Source: Cyanophora paradoxa CCMP329 (taxonomy: Eukaryota > Plantae > Glaucophyta). Taken from it: DNA of 64,000 bases. A model generated the notes under the pieces. The model was given only the letters and a program-made list of their open reading frames with translations. It was not told where the DNA came from and did not search any database. Below are positions 57,820-64,000 of this stretch, in pieces. The stretch is taken from the NCBI GenBank assembly GCA_004431415.1, contig QPMI01000409.1, positions 186,001-250,000 of the forward strand, given 5' to 3'. Positions within the stretch are counted from its first letter, which is position 1. Every line of letters begins with the position of its first letter. A program made the position numbers and the translations under genes.

Positions 57820-60625
57820 TGATGGCGGCAGCAAGCGCTGGCCCGCGCCGCTGCAGATAAACAGCTGCCTCAAGAAGAAACTGCCTGCGGCGCAGGCCCC
57901 GAGTTACCGTGCGCGGCTGGACTTTCTGGAGGACACTGAAGCGGTTGCACGTCGTGGCCGAGCGGGGATCAGGCAGCAGAGTCAAGCTTGAGTCGCAGCT
58001 AGCGCTAGTAAGCAGACAGGTAAGCGGGCAGGTGGAGCGGGGAGCAACGAGCAGCTCTACCCCCCTAGACCGAGCGAGCTTTGTTTTGGCGAGCCTCCAG
58101 GCGGACGGGCACGATCCAGTTGCCGAGGCCGCGAATCGGCGACGGCATCTTCGAACTCGGAGAACGCTGCAGGGAAGCTCGGCAAGACAGCCTGTGCGGG
58201 CCCGTCTCGAGCTCGGAGAAGCTGCACGGAAGCTTTCCAAGACAGACGAAAGCTCTAGTTCGTCGTCCGGCTCCAGTCCGGCTCGAGCTGACGAAGACAG
58301 CGACCGACCACAACGCGGAACATGGCCAGCCTGTGGGATCAGTTGTGGGCCAGCTGCTCCACGATCTTCAGCTTGCCGAGTGGAGATGATTGTAGCGTGC
58401 CAGTGCGCATGCGCCGAGCGCACGTTCAGCATCGCCGGCTGTGCAGCTGACCTCGCGCACGCAGGGCGTCCGGACTGTGGGGCGGCCGGGCGAGGCGTTG
58501 GACTTGGCCAGCGTCGGGCCGATGAACGCGCGGGACCTCAACCTCCGCGCCTCGAGCGTGCGCCTGGCGCCGGGCCGGGCCGGGACCTTCGCTGCCGGCG
58601 GGCGGCCAGTAACACCCGCCCCGCACGCAGGTCGGCCTCGTGACGAGCCCCTGGGGACAGGGTCCGTGAATTTCTTCTGCTCCTCCTGCGCTCCCCGAGT
58701 CCCTCGCACGCGATCCGACCGTGCCCTCTCCCGCTGCCGCCGCCGGCGCCGCTGCAGGCCCGGGGTTCGTCTTCTGCATGCCGGAGAACCCGAAGCGGCC
58801 CCTCTTCGTGACGTCGCGGCGGCTGTGCCCGGACCGGGAGGCGGCGATGCAGGCAATGGTGACGTTCGACCTGCCCGACCGCACGAAGATCCGCGCCGGC
58901 CTCGACCCCATCAACTTCTTCCTGGTTAGCCCCAATCTACCCGCTAGCTTGCCGGCCACAGCCGCCCCGCCCCGGATCCTCTCCTTAGCCCCCCCCCCGC
59001 AGGCCCTGGACAAGATCGAGGTCCACGACGCCGGCCAGGGCTACAGCCGCAAGGTCCCGTTGTAACCCGACCCAGGCATCAGAGCACCGCGTCGCCGACG
59101 AGGCTCTACTGTTCTCGGCAGATGTACGTGGACCTGGCGATCGCGGCGTTCACGGACCCGCGGGGGGCGCCCCTGATCCCCTTCCCCGCGGGGCGGGAGA
59201 CGCTGGACCACCTCCTCAACGACACCGTCATCCACGTCCTCCTCCAGGGCACCGGCACCAAGGCGCGCGCCCCGCCCCGCCCCGCCGCTGCTCCCGGGCC
59301 GCCGCGCCGCTTGTCGTGACGGCCCCCCGCAGGCGATGGACATGGGCGTCGTCACGCAGGTGAAGGGGCTCCTGCTCACGGACTCCACCCCGGGGCGCAA
59401 CACCTACGGCATCGTCCCCGTCCTCAACAGCCGCTGGGAGGTCGCCCCCGAAGAGCCCCCGAGCAGCCCCCTCTCCACCCTCTGACTGACGGGGGGCCCG
59501 CCGGGTACAGGTGGTGGCCCTCGGCCCCTCCAAGTCGGTGCGCGCGGGGCGAGGGCCCCCGCGCGGGGCCGGGGCGCCTCCTGAGGCTGCGGGCGGGGCA
59601 GGGCGGCTCGACGAACGAGTCGCTCTACCTGCGCGCCCTCGTCGACTACTGCAACATCCTCGTCGCCCCCTACATGACGTGCCCGTGCCCCAGCCCCCCC
59701 CTGCTTCCCAGCGCCCACGCGCCGCAGCATGCCGGCGCTCCCGGCGCCTGGCGGGGGCTCCCTGCGCGCCTTCCCCTCGATGTCGACGGGCACGCCCTCC
59801 AGCACGCCGGGCCGCAGCGGCGGGCCCCAGACCCCCAAGTACGCCACCGTCGGGCCCTCTTCCTCCTCCTCCTCCCAGCAGTGCGGCCGCCCCCGCGCCG
59901 GCTCGCCCGCCCCTCGCGCCCCGCGCAGACAGCGCGCGCAGGCGGGCATCGCTGCCGCTGCAGTGGAGCGTGTCGGGGGTGGCGGCCCCCGCGGCGCCGC
60001 GGGTGGCGGCGACGCCGCCGCGATGGCAGCCGGCCCGCTACGACTCCGTCGACGGCCAGATCATCCAGGCGCGCCCGCCCCGCCCCGCCCCGCCCCGGAT
60101 CCGCCCCTGAGCACCCCCCCGCAGCCGCAGCCGGCCGGCTCGCCCCTCCGCCCGGGGGAGGACCCGTGCGCGCGCCTGCAGCCCCGGCCCGCGCACTGAG
60201 AGCCGAGGCGGCCCCACAGGAACACGGTTGTGTGGATTCGGGAGCGCGAGGGCACGAACTCCACCTCCAAGGTAACGCGTACCCCGCCCCCTCCGCTAGA
60301 GCCAGCCCGGGGACGCGTACCCCCCCGCAGGTGCCGAAGTACCACCACCAGGCGAAGTGCCACGGGGCGTCCATGCCGCTGCCCCTCTGGCAGGCCCGCG
60401 AGCACGTGCGCGGTACCCCCTGCTCTAGCGTGGCCTTGCGGAGGGCGGAGGGCGTCGACACGCGGCCCCCGGCATCGTCCTCGTGCTCGCGGGGCTCCTG
60501 ATCGCGTCGTGGCGGCCGGCGCGCAGGGCCGCAAGCAGTGCGAGTTCTGCGCCCCCTACCAGGGCGGCTCGGTTGTCGACGAGATCCGCGCCTTCAAGCG
60601 CCTCTTCGGCAGCTCCGGCCGCTAG
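57820..60625 (+). CDS. Multi-exon protein with a degenerate trypsin-like (likely inactive) domain; 5' end uncertain
   Basis: AGPGFVF...LFVTSRRLCPDREAA...VTF...LDPINFF...YVDLAIAAF...PVLNSRWE/VVAL. Confidence 0.45.
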
Positions 60626-60922
60626 GCCAGGGCCGGTGTACCCGGCGCGCTGCAGCTGGCCCGGCGCGGTGGCTCGCCCACCCGGGCCTCCACGAGTACT
60701 TCACCAGTGTACTGTATACGATTCCATCGAGATTGTATTTCAACAGATCTAGAATATTGACCTTCGGAAGCGGCATCTAGCTGTGCTGGCCGCTGAGCGC
60801 TTGCTGCGCAGAGCGCAAACGTGCACGTGCTTATGCGTCAATCCAGGCTGGGGGGCGACGGGACGATGCAGAACCAAGGCTAAGCGAAATGCCGCCGAAG
60901 CAGCCGAGGGGGTAACAGGGCA

Positions 60923-61033
60923 TTCTTTGCTTCCTGGCCCAACGATCGCAAGGTCGGGCGGGTGCAGCGGCTGCAGAACGGGCTGGATGACACGTGCTGG
61001 ACGCGAGTAGGCAACGCACGAACGCCGTAGAGC
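60923..61033 (+). repeat. ~110-bp diverged direct repeat of 62413-62523, probably a duplicated gene fragment
   Basis: cgatcgcaaggtcgggcggg...gcagaacgggctggatg...gcacgaacgcc is present in both copies. Confidence 0.8.
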
Positions 61034-61352
61034 TGCTCCGAGGCGACCGGAACGAAGCCTGCTGCTGGAAATAAAACACCAGGCCGGGCGCATTGTTTCG
61101 TCTCTCTTGAAGCCTCTCGAGGAGCCCGGCAGCTTGCCTGGACAGAGAACGTTATCAAATTCAACGTGGAGAAAGTGGAGCTGCAGAGTGGAGGCACCGA
61201 GTGGACAGGCTCTGAGACAGACGCGAGCCGAAACTTGGGATTGAGGCAAGGGGCCTCGACCGTCAGGCTACTGGACGAACGCCACGGTAACTCTCGCGAT
61301 CAGAAGGCATCGGGCAGAGATGCAGAGGGTACCTGCCCGGGCGACGAGCCCC

Positions 61353-62055
61353 TCACGACGGCGGGGGAAACAGGGCGGCGCGGGTCTCGCGCAGGGTGGG
61401 CTGGAGGACGTGAAGGCGAGGGAGCAGGTTCTGCGGGGGCGTCACGCGTGCCGCGCGCACGGGCGAAAATTTGAATTGGAATTCGACACGGAACGCACGG
61501 GGAAGGCGACGGCCATCTCGGAGGCGCCGCGGACGAGGAATGCAAGGTAGAAACGGACGGAGAACAGCGAGACGCCCTCGACGATCACAGCGTCGTCGAC
61601 CGCGTCCCCGTCGAGAAAGGCGCTCGTCGTCAGGCCGCACCCGTAGCGCGTCTCCAGCTGCACGCCCACGCCCGGCACGACCACGAGGCGCTCTGCAGGT
61701 CGAAGTCAGAGGGATACTGGAGCTGGGGCGCAGGCGCTCGAGCGCACCGCTGCGAACGCTCAAAGCGTACCCGAAGAAGACGAGCACCGCCAGCGCGTAG
61801 CACAGGATGCTCGGGGCTAGCCCGCCGCGATCCGCGGCGAAGATCTGCAATCGAGTGAGGCTCGCCGATGCGGCGTGGAAACTGGAAAGCTACCCTGGCC
61901 ACTCCCGCTGCAACGAGTGCCGCCGCCCACCACGGGAAACCGGTCGTGCCGGGCACATCGAAAACGCGAGCACGGCAAACCATCGAGCCGAACTCTCCAG
62001 TGCTCACGGCCGAGTCGGGGATGTGTGCTCGGCAACCCGCAGCGCCGGTGGGCAC
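61353..62055 (-). CDS. PIGH: GPI-GlcNAc transferase complex subunit H (PIG-H/Gpi15); start approximate
   Basis: Two hydrophobic segments, then ERLVVVPGVGVQLETRY...DAVIVEGVSLFSVRFYLAFLV...VAFP/NLLPRLHVL. Confidence 0.85.
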
Positions 62056-62449
62056 AGATGCCTGATATCGATGCTCTTCCGATCAGCTAATGTACTCGGT
62101 AGTTCAGGCGCTCGACCGCGTTCGCGCATGCGCAGCGCCAGCGAGGACCTGCTTATCGGCTATGTTCTTCGATCGATCCAGCGCGCCGCGGGGAGCGATC
62201 GGACAATCCAGAATGAGAGCTATACTTATATAAACGCGCCCGCGCCGCCGCGCCCAGAATTCAGCATCGCGATATCGATCGATATCTTGCGCTCTATGGC
62301 GCTAGCCAGCATTTCGGAATGTGGCGACCTCCGCGCAATTCCCGGGTCCGAGTAACTAAGCTAAGTACCTGGCCGTGGGGGTACAGGGCACGGGGAGCAA
62401 AGGGTCCTAGGCTCTTTCCTTGCTAGCCCAGCGATCGCAAGGTCGGGCG

Positions 62450-64000
62450 GGGTGCAGCGGCTGCAGAACGGGCTGGATGGCACGTGCTGGACGCGAATAG
62501 GCAGCGCACGAACGCCGGAGAGCCGAACCGAAGCGAGTGATTGTAGCGAGTGCGGAGCGCCTCGTCCGAGATGCCCTTCGAGAATTTCCCCAGCAACTTT
62601 GCGTGCTGCACTCCAGCAGTGTGCGTAGAAGTCGTTGCCGCCGTCTGCTCCGCTGCTGCCGTCGATGCACGCCCTTGACTGGCTTTTCAGGCCGCAGCCT
62701 GGGAATGACGCCCTTCGACCAAAGTCTTCCATCGGCGACTATCTGGACCAGCATGTCCGAGCCAATTCCCAGGTTACAGCAGATGGCGCCCGGTTCCTCT
62801 TCTCGGTGGGCTCGGAGCATGCCTCTCTGCCGCAGCCGGGTTGAGCTGACCGGCCCCGGCTTGCCTTTCGCACTTTTTGCAGATGCGACACACATTGCGG
62901 GCACTTTACGTCAGCGCGAAGGACACCTCGCGTTTCCAGCAGCAGCACGAGAGCCTCTACCGGGAGTGGCGAGCTGGCGAGGAGCGTGCCCAGCAGATGG
63001 CGACGACGAACAGGTGGACATCGATGATATGCTGCCAGCCGTTCACCGGGTGCGCCGGCCTCCGCGGAGCCGTGAATTTCGTGCATGAGCTTGCCCAGGT
63101 CTCTGTGGCGACCGACCGAGCCGGAAGCGCCGGCTAGCGATGACGGCATGTCTGATTCCATGGAAGTAGACGGCGGGACGGGGATCGGGATGTCGTTGCC
63201 GGACGGGCCCCCGCAGTCGACGAGCGGCGGGCAGGCGGAGCCGACTATCAAGCTGCCGCCGGACAGCCTGACGCCGGCAGGGCTCCTCACCGTGCGTTTT
63301 GCATGCCGGGCGCGTGCCGTGCCCGTGCGCCGGGTCGAAGTGCTCGCTTCCGCAGGTCGGGCACTTGACGAACCTCAACATCCTCGTGATAGACTCGCTC
63401 CGGTGCGCTTCCGCCGCCGCGCCGCACAGTGCAGCGTATCCCTGACGTCTGACATCTCGCGCCGCCGTGCAGGCTGGACAACGCCAACCCATTCGACAGC
63501 CCCGTGCACACGCGGTACCAGGCGTGCATACGGCAGCTCTCGAACCTCACGCAGCTCCGGACGCTTTGCCTGGGCCCCAGCCTTCCGGTGCGCCCCCGCG
63601 CATCCCCGCGCCCCTCTCTCCGGCCGCCCACGCGCCCGGGCGGCGCGGGGCGCAGATCCCGGTGGCGATCCTGCGCGAGTGCCTGGCGCCGCTCGCGAGC
63701 CTCCAGACCCTCGAGTTCTCCGCCTTTGGGCCCGACGAGGTGCGCCGCCCCCGCCCCCGCCCCCTACGACTCCCACCCGACCCGATCGATCAGACGCGGG
63801 ACGTCCGGAGGCTCACGGAGGCCCTCGCTTCGATGCCGAGCCTCACGAGGTGCCCCGCCCCATGCCTCCCCTCCGCCCTCGTCCCCCCCCGGGGCCGAGC
63901 CGGGGCGGCGGCAGCATCCGGGTGGACCCGTCGCGGGTGCCGGCCCCCACGTACGCCATGTCCAAAGAGGTCCGCGAAGCTAAGCTCCAAGGCAATGCGA
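62450..64000 (+). CDS. LRR (RNI/F-box-LRR-like) protein, multi-exon, partial
   Basis: LTNLNILVI, LSNLTQLRTLCLG, LASLQTLEFS, LASMPSLT repeats; continues to the window end. Confidence 0.55.

Overview
This is GC-rich, intron-dense eukaryotic nuclear DNA, not prokaryotic. Introns are short (~50-150 nt), often start with GC instead of GT, and carry CTGAC-type branch points. Most long ORFs in the supplied track are GC shadow ORFs. An MAFV-type plastid transit peptide and a cyanobacterial-type DUF218 gene suggest a glaucophyte alga such as Cyanophora (inference). Recognisable spliced genes: a TBC+TLDc protein, MCM2, USP12/46-like protease, proteasome beta-2 (PSMB2-type), an LRR/multi-AT-hook protein, DUF218/YdcF, a BSD protein, a PX-domain protein, two GT8 glycosyltransferases, DUF1338/HGLS, DIS3L, a DM10-like protein, a trypsin-like pseudoprotease, PIG-H and a partial LRR gene. 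Two things stand out. (1) Intergenic islands, the largest ~17.4-22.0 kb, are built almost entirely of short perfect palindromes, and local duplicates in them appear caught mid-conversion. (2) A 4.58-kb gag-only LTR-type element (36400-40978) has a 5-bp target-site duplication, a tRNA-like primer-binding site, asymmetric LTRs and a tandem array of covarying structured-RNA-like modules. Gene boundaries were hand-spliced and are approximate.
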